This document shows, piece after piece, positions 1 to 7,644 of a stretch of DNA of 46,179 bases. The DNA comes from Candidatus Kappaea frigidicola (lineage in GTDB: Bacteria; Omnitrophota; Gorgyraeia; JAGLLT01): NCBI GenBank assembly GCA_030765555.1, contig JAVCCI010000073.1, positions 1 through 46,179 of the forward strand, read 5' to 3'. The translations under genes and the position numbers were made by a program. A model generated the notes under the pieces. It saw only the letters and a list, made by a program, of their open reading frames with translations. It was not told the origin of the DNA and did not search any database. The first letter of the stretch is position 1; the number at the start of each line of letters is the position of its first letter.

Positions 1-956
1 AGATCAGCTAAGACAGATGCACCAACAATACCAGCTTCTTCGCCCAATAATGCAGGTACTACCTTAACAAAGGAGGCGGGATTTTTCATGGAGCGCAGCT
101 TAATTGTCTTTTTAATAGAATCAAATAGAGGTTTGCCTGCTTTTGCTACGCCGCCACCGATTATGATTAACTCGGGGTTCAGTGTGTTCACTAAACCACT
201 CAATGCAATACCTAAGTAGTTACCTACTTCACGCCAAATAAGTAAAGCAGTTTTATCCTTATCACTTGCAGCCTGTGAAATAATTTTAGGGGTTATCTTT
301 GAAATTTGATTATTAGCATATTTAAAAATTAGTGATTTTTTGTTATTTTTTACCAGCTCTTTCGCTCTTTGGATAATGAATTTATTACCAACATATCGTT
401 CAATACAAGCTGTGCCCCCACAATTACACTTGGGACCTGTAATACTTATAGGTATATGGCCTATTTCACCTGCAGTAAAATTTGGACCACGATAAAGATG
501 TCCGTTTAGCACAATACCACCACCAACACCTGTGCCCAAGGTAAGACATAGGATATCTTTAAAGCCTCTGCCAGCTCCAAATGCCAATTCACCCAAAGTT
601 ACAACATTAACATCGTTATCAACAAATGTCCTGATGCCAATTTTTTTAGTTAGCATTTGCTTCAAGGGTGTATTCTTCCATCCTTTTATATTTGTTAGAT
701 TATGAATAAAACCGCGGTCAAAATTAATAGGTCCAGCCACTCCAATACCTATACCTGCGATCTGGCTTTTTTTTAACTTATTATCTTTTATAAGCTGCTT
801 AATTATTTTTATAATCTCTGCAATGAGTTTCGATCTACCTTTGTGTTTATCTGTTTCAATTGAAGTCTTTTGCACAATTATATTTACATTCTTCAAAAGT
901 GCAATTTTTACGTTAGTTCCACCTAAATCAATACCAATTGTATAGTTTTTTTTCAT
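1..956 (-). CDS. glk: ROK-family glucokinase, partial (C-terminus lies beyond window start)
   Basis: ATG at 954-956 and the frame stays open to position 1, so there is no stop and it is absent from the ORF track. My translation starts MKKNYTIGIDLGGTNVKIAL (actin-fold DxGGT motif). It contains GEIGHIPI...KCNCGGTACIERYVG (ROK Cys-rich zinc motif). Confidence 0.85.
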   Translation of the reverse strand, partial: MKKNYTIGIDLGGTNVKIALLKNVNIIVQKTSIETDKHKGRSKLIAEIIKIIKQLIKDNKLKKSQIAGIGIGVAGPINFDRGFIHNLTNIKGWKNTPLKQMLTKKIGIRTFVDNDVNVVTLGELAFGAGRGFKDILCLTLGTGVGGGIVLNGHLYRGPNFTAGEIGHIPISITGPKCNCGGTACIERYVGNKFIIQRAKELVKNNKKSLIFKYANNQISKITPKIISQAASDKDKTALLIWREVGNYLGIALSGLVNTLNPELIIIGGGVAKAGKPLFDSIKKTIKLRSMKNPASFVKVVPALLGEEAGIVGASVLAD

Positions 957-975
957 GAATTATCCTATCTGTCTA

Positions 976-2352
976 TTATTCTCCAAAAACGCATGTATTA
1001 TTTCTGCCTGATTCCTTAGCTTTATAGAGTGCCTGATCAGCTTTATCTATCAAGTCTAGCATTTCAGTACTATCATCCGGGCTAGCGGCAACGCCAATAC
1101 TGATAGATGCTCTAGTAAATTCTCCCTCTGCCATAAAATTCTCTCTTTCAATCTGCTTCCTTATTCTCTCACCTACAGCAGTCGCACCTTCTTTACTTGT
1201 TTCTGGAAGGACCAAGCAAAATTCTTCTCCTCCATAGCGACATATTAAATCAATTTCTCTCGTATTGTTACGGATAATATCAGATATCTTAACTAATACT
1301 CCATCACCAACTAAATGCCCAAAGCGATCATTAAACTTTTTAAAATGATCAATATCCAACATTAGAACTGATAATTCAACTTTGTTAACCAGGAGGCGCT
1401 CAAGTTCTTTTTCAAATGACATCAGAAAATGTCTTCTTAAAAGCAAACCTGTCAGACCATCTGTAATGGCTAATTTTTCAACTAATTCATATAATCTAAC
1501 TTTTCTCATTTCCAAGCCAAACTGACCAATCACGATAGAAAATTTCTCAAAACTTTCTGGATTCATATTTTCAACAATTACAACACTTCTAATGCGTTCA
1601 TCAATATATATAGGAATAGCTAAAAGACTTTCAATTTTCAGTGGTAATATTAATTCATATTCTTTAGCAGATTTTTGAGCCTGTGGCAAAGATAAATGCA
1701 ATCTTTTCTCATCAATAATCTCAATTATTTTACTATCATAACTTTTTGCATCTTTGATACGTGATTCTATAGGTATATCGTAAACTTCTTCCAAGCGCAT
1801 CTCACCTTTTATGCGGTTAATATGAATAAGCCGACAATCATCAAATTCAAAGGTGTTCTTCAATTCAGAACACAATATACGAAAAATATCCTCAAACACC
1901 AAGTAAGCACTCATTCGTTTAGTGATTTCATAAAGATTTTCGATTTCCTGCGATTGTTGACTCACCTCAGATATATGTTCTTTAGATTTTCTATTATCTT
2001 CTTTGCAATGATTAATAGATTCTTTCTCTTTTTTAATTTCGTTATTAAAATTTATCTTACTTTTTATAAACCTTTTCTTATTTTCATTTGAAATAATGAA
2101 TGAGGCCACAAAAGACAATCCCAAAAAAAGAGCAAGATAGCTTTCTGCTCCTAACAAAAAAATTACCACCGCGCTTGCTATTGATAAAACAAGAACTATA
2201 TAACTAAATATTTTTTTTGTAAAATAAACTGATAAAATGAGAGGTAAAATACTAAGCCCGCTAAAAATATAGAATTGATTATTAGAAAAAGATGACATTA
2301 GGATATTAAAGAAAAAAACGAGGGATAGCAAAAATATAATTATGATATACAT
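976..2352 (-). CDS. Membrane-anchored GAF-GGDEF diguanylate cyclase (with RxxD I-site)
   Basis: The N-terminal ~90 aa are hydrophobic (several TM helices). A K/E-rich coiled-coil linker and a GAF-like middle region follow. The C-terminal GGDEF domain reads DGLTGL...DIDHFKKFND...REIDLICRYGGEEF, with RxxD five residues upstream of GGEEF. Confidence 0.85.
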   Translation of the reverse strand: MYIIIIFLLSLVFFFNILMSSFSNNQFYIFSGLSILPLILSVYFTKKIFSYIVLVLSIASAVVIFLLGAESYLALFLGLSFVASFIISNENKKRFIKSKINFNNEIKKEKESINHCKEDNRKSKEHISEVSQQSQEIENLYEITKRMSAYLVFEDIFRILCSELKNTFEFDDCRLIHINRIKGEMRLEEVYDIPIESRIKDAKSYDSKIIEIIDEKRLHLSLPQAQKSAKEYELILPLKIESLLAIPIYIDERIRSVVIVENMNPESFEKFSIVIGQFGLEMRKVRLYELVEKLAITDGLTGLLLRRHFLMSFEKELERLLVNKVELSVLMLDIDHFKKFNDRFGHLVGDGVLVKISDIIRNNTREIDLICRYGGEEFCLVLPETSKEGATAVGERIRKQIERENFMAEGEFTRASISIGVAASPDDSTEMLDLIDKADQALYKAKESGRNNTCVFGE

Positions 2353-3776
2353 ACTTTATTTCTCCCAGTTCCCTTTGCTTCATATAAAGCCTTATCTGCT
2401 ACCGCAATTAGACGATTTACATCTTTAACTTCGTCAGTTATTGTGGCCACGCCTATAGATATACTAACATTAGTTTTTTCACGTCTTAAATAAAATATGC
2501 GCTCTTCTACTTGTTTTCTTATTTTTTCAGCTAAATCAGCAGCTTCTTTCTTTGAAGTACCAGGAAGTCCTATGGCAAATTCCTCACCGCCATAACGAGC
2601 AACAATCGCCCTTGAGCCAGCCATTTTTAGAAAAATCTTAGCAGTTGTTTTTAAAACTATATCCCCAGCTATATGACCATAACTATCGTTATATTTTTTA
2701 AAATGATCAATATCAATCATCAAAAATGAAATTTTATTATTAGGCTCTGCCGTACTTTTTATTTCTTCAGTCAATAATTGCCTCATATATCTTTGAACAT
2801 AACAACCAGTTAAGCCATCAGTTACAGCCAGCTCCTCTGTTCTTTCATAGAGGTGCGCATTTTCTACAGCTACAGCTCCTAAGTTAGCAATAATATTTAA
2901 AATTCTCAAATCTTCAGAATTAAATATTTCAGCATTTAAGGCATCTAATCTAATTACTCCAATAGCTCTATCTTCACTGATTAATGGTGTTGATATTAGA
3001 GAGCGGAATTCGCGTGTTTTGCCTTTAATAACCTCGTAATCAAATCTATAATCTTTTCTAATATCCTGAATAATTAATGGCTGCTTCTTCTTTAAAACTC
3101 TCACATCAAAGAGATCAGCCCCCTCTATTTTAAACCCTTTAAACTCTTGACTCTTCCTCATGGAGGTTAATATTAGATTATGTTTTTTTTCATCAATTAG
3201 ATATAACAAACAACAATCAGCTTTACTAATTATCGAGAATGAATTCTTTGCTACTAAATTAGCAACTTCTGCCAGCGACAAGCTAGAGCTTAATTTTTCG
3301 GTAATATCTTTAAGTATGCTGAATCTTGATAAACTTTTCTCCAATGCTTTTAATTGAAGCTGATTCTGTAGGCGCTCATCATTTAAAAGATTGAGCTCTT
3401 CTTCAATATCTTCTAGATCAGCCTGCTGTAATCCCATAGAAGCATTGCTCTTTTTGTCGTAATAAAAAGCACTCACCATTACTAATCCAAATAAAATAAG
3501 ATGCATATTAATAATGGGGCTTTTCGCAATAGCTGCTGTAAGAAGGGTAAAGATAAGGCCTATGGTGAGACATATTACGGAAGCAACAACACCAAAAAAT
3601 AACCATGCCGTTAAAATGATTAAATTAAGAAAAAAGATAGTAGCATTTATTAGTCGCAGATAATAAGCCCTATCAATATAGATATCACCTAAAAACCTTA
3701 CTAAAAGGAGAAGTATAGTTAATACCGCTAGGGAAAACAGAAATATATTGAAAACATATATTTTTTTATTATTCAT
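2340..3776 (-). CDS. Membrane-anchored GAF-GGDEF diguanylate cyclase (paralog, no canonical I-site)
   Basis: Same architecture as the downstream gene: TM N-terminus, coiled coil, GAF-like region, then DGLTGC...DIDHFKKYND...ARYGGEEF. The I-site position reads GSRA rather than RxxD. Its stop overlaps the start of the next gene by 13 nt. Confidence 0.85.
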   Translation of the reverse strand: MNNKKIYVFNIFLFSLAVLTILLLLVRFLGDIYIDRAYYLRLINATIFFLNLIILTAWLFFGVVASVICLTIGLIFTLLTAAIAKSPIINMHLILFGLVMVSAFYYDKKSNASMGLQQADLEDIEEELNLLNDERLQNQLQLKALEKSLSRFSILKDITEKLSSSLSLAEVANLVAKNSFSIISKADCCLLYLIDEKKHNLILTSMRKSQEFKGFKIEGADLFDVRVLKKKQPLIIQDIRKDYRFDYEVIKGKTREFRSLISTPLISEDRAIGVIRLDALNAEIFNSEDLRILNIIANLGAVAVENAHLYERTEELAVTDGLTGCYVQRYMRQLLTEEIKSTAEPNNKISFLMIDIDHFKKYNDSYGHIAGDIVLKTTAKIFLKMAGSRAIVARYGGEEFAIGLPGTSKKEAADLAEKIRKQVEERIFYLRREKTNVSISIGVATITDEVKDVNRLIAVADKALYEAKGTGRNKVCIS

Positions 3777-3784
3777 ATAAGACC

Positions 3785-3830
3785 TTTAATGAAATGCGTG
3801 TATTAGGCCTAATACACGCATTTCATTAAA
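3785..3830 (-). terminator. 46-bp perfect palindrome / long hairpin between the ABC ATPase gene and the GGDEF genes
   Basis: TTTAATGAAATGCGTGTATTAGG|CCTAATACACGCATTTCATTAAA has perfect dyad symmetry. This gives about a 21-bp stem with a 4-nt GGCC apex. It sits 29 nt after the upstream stop and 8 nt before the next ATG. There is no clear U-tract. Confidence 0.5.
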
Positions 3831-3858
3831 TACTTTCAATTATGTTATGCGCAAGGCA

Positions 3859-4965
3859 TTATACAATGGTAATTTCTGTCTCTTTATCAAAAAAGTGAGC
3901 CTTGGACATATCAAAGACTAATTCCATTTTTTGATTAATCTCAAGTTTTTCTTTAGCACCTACTTTAGCTGTAATAGAGTTTTTATTAGATGTATTTAAA
4001 TAAACAATGGTTTCTGAACCCATTGGTTCAACAACTTCTACCATAGCACTTATAGTGGTTTCTTCAGGAGCTTCTGGGATAAATAATTTATCATGGATGT
4101 CCTCTGGCCTAATACCAAATATAGTTTTCTTTCCCTCATACTCTTTGATTTTCGGGTTCATCTCCTCATAGATTTTTACTTTAAACGTGCCTTCATCAAA
4201 ATAATAAGAACTTCCATCTTTGATAAATTTTCCTTCAATGAAATTCATTGGTGGACTTCCAATAAAACCAGCAACAAATTTATTGGCTGGATTATCGTAC
4301 AGGTGTATAGGGTCCGCTATCTGCTGAATAAAACCATCCTTCAAAACAACAATACGGGTACCCATAGTCATGGCTTCAATCTGATCATGCGTTACATAAA
4401 TCATGGTTGCCTGCAATCTTGTATATAACTTACTAATCTCAGCACGCATCTGAACTCTAAGTTTAGCATCAAGATTACTTAGGGGCTCATCAAACAAAAA
4501 AACTAGTGGCTTTCTCACAATAGCTCTACCAACTGCAGCCCTCTGCCTTTGACCACCAGATAAAGCCTTGGGCTTTCTCTGAAGCAATTCTTTAATATTC
4601 AAAATATCAGCTGCTTCATTAACTCTAGTATCTATTTCTTTCTTAGGATATTTTCTTAATTTCAACCCAAAAGCCATATTTTCATAAACAGTCATATGCG
4701 GATATAAAGCATAATTTTGAAAAACCATAGCAATATTTCTATCCTTAGGAGGAACATCGTTAACTAAACGTTCACCTATGCGAATCTCACCTTCGGTTAC
4801 ATCTTCTAAACCAGCAACCATTCGCAACGTCGTTGATTTTCCACATCCAGACGGACCAACTAAAACCAGAAATTCCTTATCTTCAATCTCTAAATCAATT
4901 TTCTGAACTGCCACCACGCCACCTGAATAAACTTTTGATACACCTTTTAAAGTTACTTCTGCCAT
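3859..4965 (-). CDS. Sugar-type ABC transporter ATP-binding protein (MalK/UgpC/MsmX family)
   Basis: Walker A GPSGCGKST, signature LSGGQRQR and Walker B LFDEPLSNLD are present, with a C-terminal TOBE-like regulatory domain. AGGAG-type SD upstream. Confidence 0.9.
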   Translation of the reverse strand: MAEVTLKGVSKVYSGGVVAVQKIDLEIEDKEFLVLVGPSGCGKSTTLRMVAGLEDVTEGEIRIGERLVNDVPPKDRNIAMVFQNYALYPHMTVYENMAFGLKLRKYPKKEIDTRVNEAADILNIKELLQRKPKALSGGQRQRAAVGRAIVRKPLVFLFDEPLSNLDAKLRVQMRAEISKLYTRLQATMIYVTHDQIEAMTMGTRIVVLKDGFIQQIADPIHLYDNPANKFVAGFIGSPPMNFIEGKFIKDGSSYYFDEGTFKVKIYEEMNPKIKEYEGKKTIFGIRPEDIHDKLFIPEAPEETTISAMVEVVEPMGSETIVYLNTSNKNSITAKVGAKEKLEINQKMELVFDMSKAHFFDKETEITIV

Positions 4966-4997
4966 TGAAAACCTCTCCTTTAATTTACTCTCTAGTC

Positions 4998-5843
4998 TTA
5001 TACTTCTAAATAGCTAATTATACTAAAGAGCATTTCTTTTAAATCCTTTCGGGTGGATATAACATCTAAAAAACCATGCTCAAGTAAAAATTCAGAACTT
5101 TGAAAACCATCGGGTAATTTCTGTTTAATTGTTTGCTCTATTACTCTAGGCCCTGTAAACCCTATGAGTGCTCTTGGTTCTGCAATAATTACATCGCCAA
5201 GAGATGCAAAACTAGCCATAATTCCCGCCATTGTTGGATTGGTAAGAACTGATATATAAAGTAGGCCTTTATTCTGATGTCTGGCAATAGCTGCAGATGT
5301 CTTAGCCATCTGCATTAAAGAAAACATTCCTTCATACATCCTAGCTCCACCACCAGAACCAGAAAATATAATTAAGGGCACTTTTTTCTCAGTTGCTTTC
5401 TCAGTTGCCCTAGTTATTTTTTCACCCACCACAGATCCCATAGATCCCATAATAAATCTAGAATCAGTAATAGCAAAAATTACTTTCTTATCGTTGATTT
5501 TAGCCTCACCAGTAACAACCGCTTCATTGAGCGAGGTTTGACTCTGTGCTATCTTCAATTTATCCTTATAGGTTTTTGAACCCTTAAAATCTAAAGGATC
5601 TGAAGAAATCATATCTCCATCATACTCAACAAAACTTTTTTCATCAAAGAGTATCTCAATCCTTTTGTGAGGCGTAATACGAAAATGAAAACCACACTTT
5701 GGGCAAATTTCAAGATTTTCTTCAAGGGTCTTATTATAAACAATGGCACCACAATCCTCGCATTTTGTCCATAAACCACCAGGTATTTGATTTTTTTTTG
5801 CTTCTACCTTATTGTAGTTGGGGCGCCTGTTAAAAAAAGACAT
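4998..5843 (-). CDS. accD: Acetyl-CoA carboxylase carboxyltransferase beta subunit
   Basis: N-terminal zinc ribbon CEDCG...CPKCGFHF. Carboxyltransferase core has FIMGSMGSVVGEK and SGGARMYEG. Confidence 0.92.
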   Translation of the reverse strand: MSFFNRRPNYNKVEAKKNQIPGGLWTKCEDCGAIVYNKTLEENLEICPKCGFHFRITPHKRIEILFDEKSFVEYDGDMISSDPLDFKGSKTYKDKLKIAQSQTSLNEAVVTGEAKINDKKVIFAITDSRFIMGSMGSVVGEKITRATEKATEKKVPLIIFSGSGGGARMYEGMFSLMQMAKTSAAIARHQNKGLLYISVLTNPTMAGIMASFASLGDVIIAEPRALIGFTGPRVIEQTIKQKLPDGFQSSEFLLEHGFLDVISTRKDLKEMLFSIISYLEV

Positions 5844-5893
5844 AGTCTATACCTTTAAAGAGTTTATAATCTTTTATTATAATAATATTTATG

Positions 5894-7162
5894 TTAACAG
5901 TTTGACTTCTTATTGTCAATAGGCATTCTACATAAGTTAAATGAACCCAAACATACAAAAACCACACCCACACACATAATTATCAGCCCGGGTTTAATAA
6001 TATTGGCCAAACAAGCACAAATAAACATAAAAAGTAAAAATCCGCTGTGAATAAATATTTCAATAGCACTAAACGTCTTACCGCGCAACTTATTAGGCAC
6101 CTTTTCATGCAAAAGCGTATAAAGGATAATAACTATTGGTGATGATACCACACCCCATAAAAATGCCATAAAACCTGCTTTAAGAATGCTTGTTTCTGGA
6201 TTTATTAATTGTGACAATAAAGCTAACATTAGTCCGCTTAATATAAAGCTAATAAATATAGCTCTAGGCTTTGGAAAATATTGCCCCAGCCTTGCAAAAA
6301 GTAAAGCTCCCGACATAAAACCCACAGCCAAAAAAGATGCTAAAAAACTTAAATGCCAGGTAGCAGTACCAAAATTATTCTGGATAAAAACTATCAGAAC
6401 AACAGACATAGCTCCAACTCCTGACATGAGTAAAAAGAAAATCCAACTTATAAAACGCATCTGCGGATCTTTTAAAACATAATTCATTCCCTGCCTAATA
6501 TCTGAGATCATATCTTTATGTGCTACCTCTTTAATTACATCTCTGGCTATTGAAACATCATGTTTTATTTCTTTAGCAACTTCAGAAATATCTATTCTGG
6601 AAATAAGAATCGCTGAAACAATATAAGTTAAAGCATCAATAAAAAAGCTAGCTTTCCAACCTAAAAATTGGACTGCTACACCAGCAAGAGCAAAACTAAA
6701 TATCAATGCAATAGTTCTGCTAGTTGTCGTCAATGAATTAGCTGCCAATAGTTTATCTTCTGATACAAGATCTGGTATAATTGATAATTTTGAGGGCAGA
6801 AAAAATCTTGTGCTGGAGTATATTAGAAAAACACATATGTAAACAAACATCATGCCGTTATTTATTTCTATCAAAAAAGGTATCAAAATTACTAAGACAG
6901 CTCTTACAACATCGCAAGCAATCATTACTTTTTTTCTATTACAGCGATCAACGCATACCCCAGCTATGGGGCCAATTAAAAAAACTGGAATTATTATAAA
7001 AAAAATAAGTTTGGCATAAGCAAGCGTATTGGCGCTGAACTTGTTGTAGACCAGACTAATTAAAGCCATAGAAACAAGACAATCGCCAAACTGGGAAATC
7101 AACTGTCCCACCCAGAGGAAGAGAAAGTTTCTATTTTTTAAAACTTTCAAAATTGAACTCAT
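5894..7162 (-). CDS. MFS transporter
   Basis: 422 aa with about 12 hydrophobic segments. The N-terminal NRNFLFLWVGQLISQFGD is typical of an MFS efflux family. The substrate cannot be read from the sequence. Confidence 0.75.
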   Translation of the reverse strand: MSSILKVLKNRNFLFLWVGQLISQFGDCLVSMALISLVYNKFSANTLAYAKLIFFIIIPVFLIGPIAGVCVDRCNRKKVMIACDVVRAVLVILIPFLIEINNGMMFVYICVFLIYSSTRFFLPSKLSIIPDLVSEDKLLAANSLTTTSRTIALIFSFALAGVAVQFLGWKASFFIDALTYIVSAILISRIDISEVAKEIKHDVSIARDVIKEVAHKDMISDIRQGMNYVLKDPQMRFISWIFFLLMSGVGAMSVVLIVFIQNNFGTATWHLSFLASFLAVGFMSGALLFARLGQYFPKPRAIFISFILSGLMLALLSQLINPETSILKAGFMAFLWGVVSSPIVIILYTLLHEKVPNKLRGKTFSAIEIFIHSGFLLFMFICACLANIIKPGLIIMCVGVVFVCLGSFNLCRMPIDNKKSNC

Positions 7163-7184
7163 TTAAAGTTATCCATATAATACG

Positions 7185-7256
7185 AGCCGATGAGAGGAAT
7201 CGAACCTCCAACCTAGCGCTTACGAAGCGCTTGCTCTACCATTGAGCCACATCGGC
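7185..7256 (-). tRNA. tRNA-Thr (anticodon CGU), CCA not encoded
   Basis: The reverse complement folds as a cloverleaf: acceptor GCCGATG/CATCGGC, D arm GCTC-AATGGTA-GAGC, anticodon arm AGCGC-TTCGTAA-GCGCT, T arm GGAGG-TTCGATT-CCTCT. Confidence 0.9.
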
Positions 7257-7288
7257 AAAAAAGCTTATTTTAATTAAGCCTTTATGCG

Positions 7289-7364
7289 CCACAATAGATG
7301 GTGCCGCAGGGCGGAATCGAACCGCCGACGCCGGGATTTTCAGTCCCGCGCTCTACCAACTGAG
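7289..7364 (-). tRNA. tRNA-Phe (anticodon GAA), CCA encoded
   Basis: Acceptor GCCGCGG/CTGCGGC, anticodon arm CGGGA-CTGAAAA-TCCCG, T arm GGCGG-TTCGATT-CCGCC, 3' ACCA. Confidence 0.9.
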
Positions 7365-7396
7365 CTACCGCGGCGTTGTTACTTCTTGAAAATAAT

Positions 7397-7474
7397 TGGC
7401 GGGGACGACGGGATTCGAACCCGCGATCACCGGATCGACAGTCCGGGGTCTTATCCTAGCTAGACGACATCCCC
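7397..7474 (-). tRNA. tRNA-Asp (anticodon GUC), CCA encoded
   Basis: Acceptor GGGGATG/CGTCCCC, anticodon arm CCGGA-CTGTCGA-TCCGG, T arm GCGGG-TTCGAAT-CCCGT, 3' GCCA. Confidence 0.9.
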
Positions 7475-7522
7475 ATGTAAGATATTTGCTATCTTATTAA
7501 ATAACAATAATTTATATCAAAA

Positions 7523-7598
7523 TGGTGGGCAGTATAGGGCTCGAACCTATGACCTCGTGAATGTAAGTCACGCGCTCTTCCAGCTGAGCTAACCGCCC
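7523..7598 (-). tRNA. tRNA-Val (anticodon UAC), CCA encoded
   Basis: Acceptor GGGCGGT/ACTGCCC, anticodon arm CGTGA-CTTACAT-TCACG, T arm ATAGG-TTCGAGC-CCTAT, 3' ACCA. Confidence 0.9.
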
Positions 7599-7612
7599 GC
7601 ACATAAAAACTT

Positions 7613-7641
7613 ATTTAAGCATATAAATAAACCTATGTCAA
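7613..7641 (-). promoter_or_regulatory. Putative sigma70-type promoter for the tRNA Val-Asp-Phe-Thr cluster
   Basis: On the minus strand: TTGACA (7641-7636), 17-nt spacer, TTAAAT (7618-7613). It lies directly after the glmS stop and about 15 nt before the tRNA-Val 5' end. The AT-rich background makes chance matches likely. Confidence 0.4.
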
Positions 7642-7644
7642 ACA

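Noticed and set aside
1822-4428. Plus-strand ORFs of 65-111 aa inside the GGDEF and ABC ATPase genes (1822-2091, 3160-3357, 4093-4428). Similar antisense ORFs appear throughout the track, for example 6186-6482, 11816-12082, 20248-20532, 28426-28807, 35298-35645, 43776-44129.
   Set aside because: All lie antisense within strongly supported minus-strand genes. They have no SD, and their low-complexity, Phe/Leu/Ile/Ser-rich translations are typical of the reverse frame of AT-rich coding DNA. They show no recognisable motifs.
7185-7598. The tRNA cluster as an integration hotspot or genomic-island boundary.
   Set aside because: There is no integrase, no duplicated tRNA 3' fragment (att-like direct repeat) and no compositional break. 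The flanking genes are core (glmS, MFS, accD).
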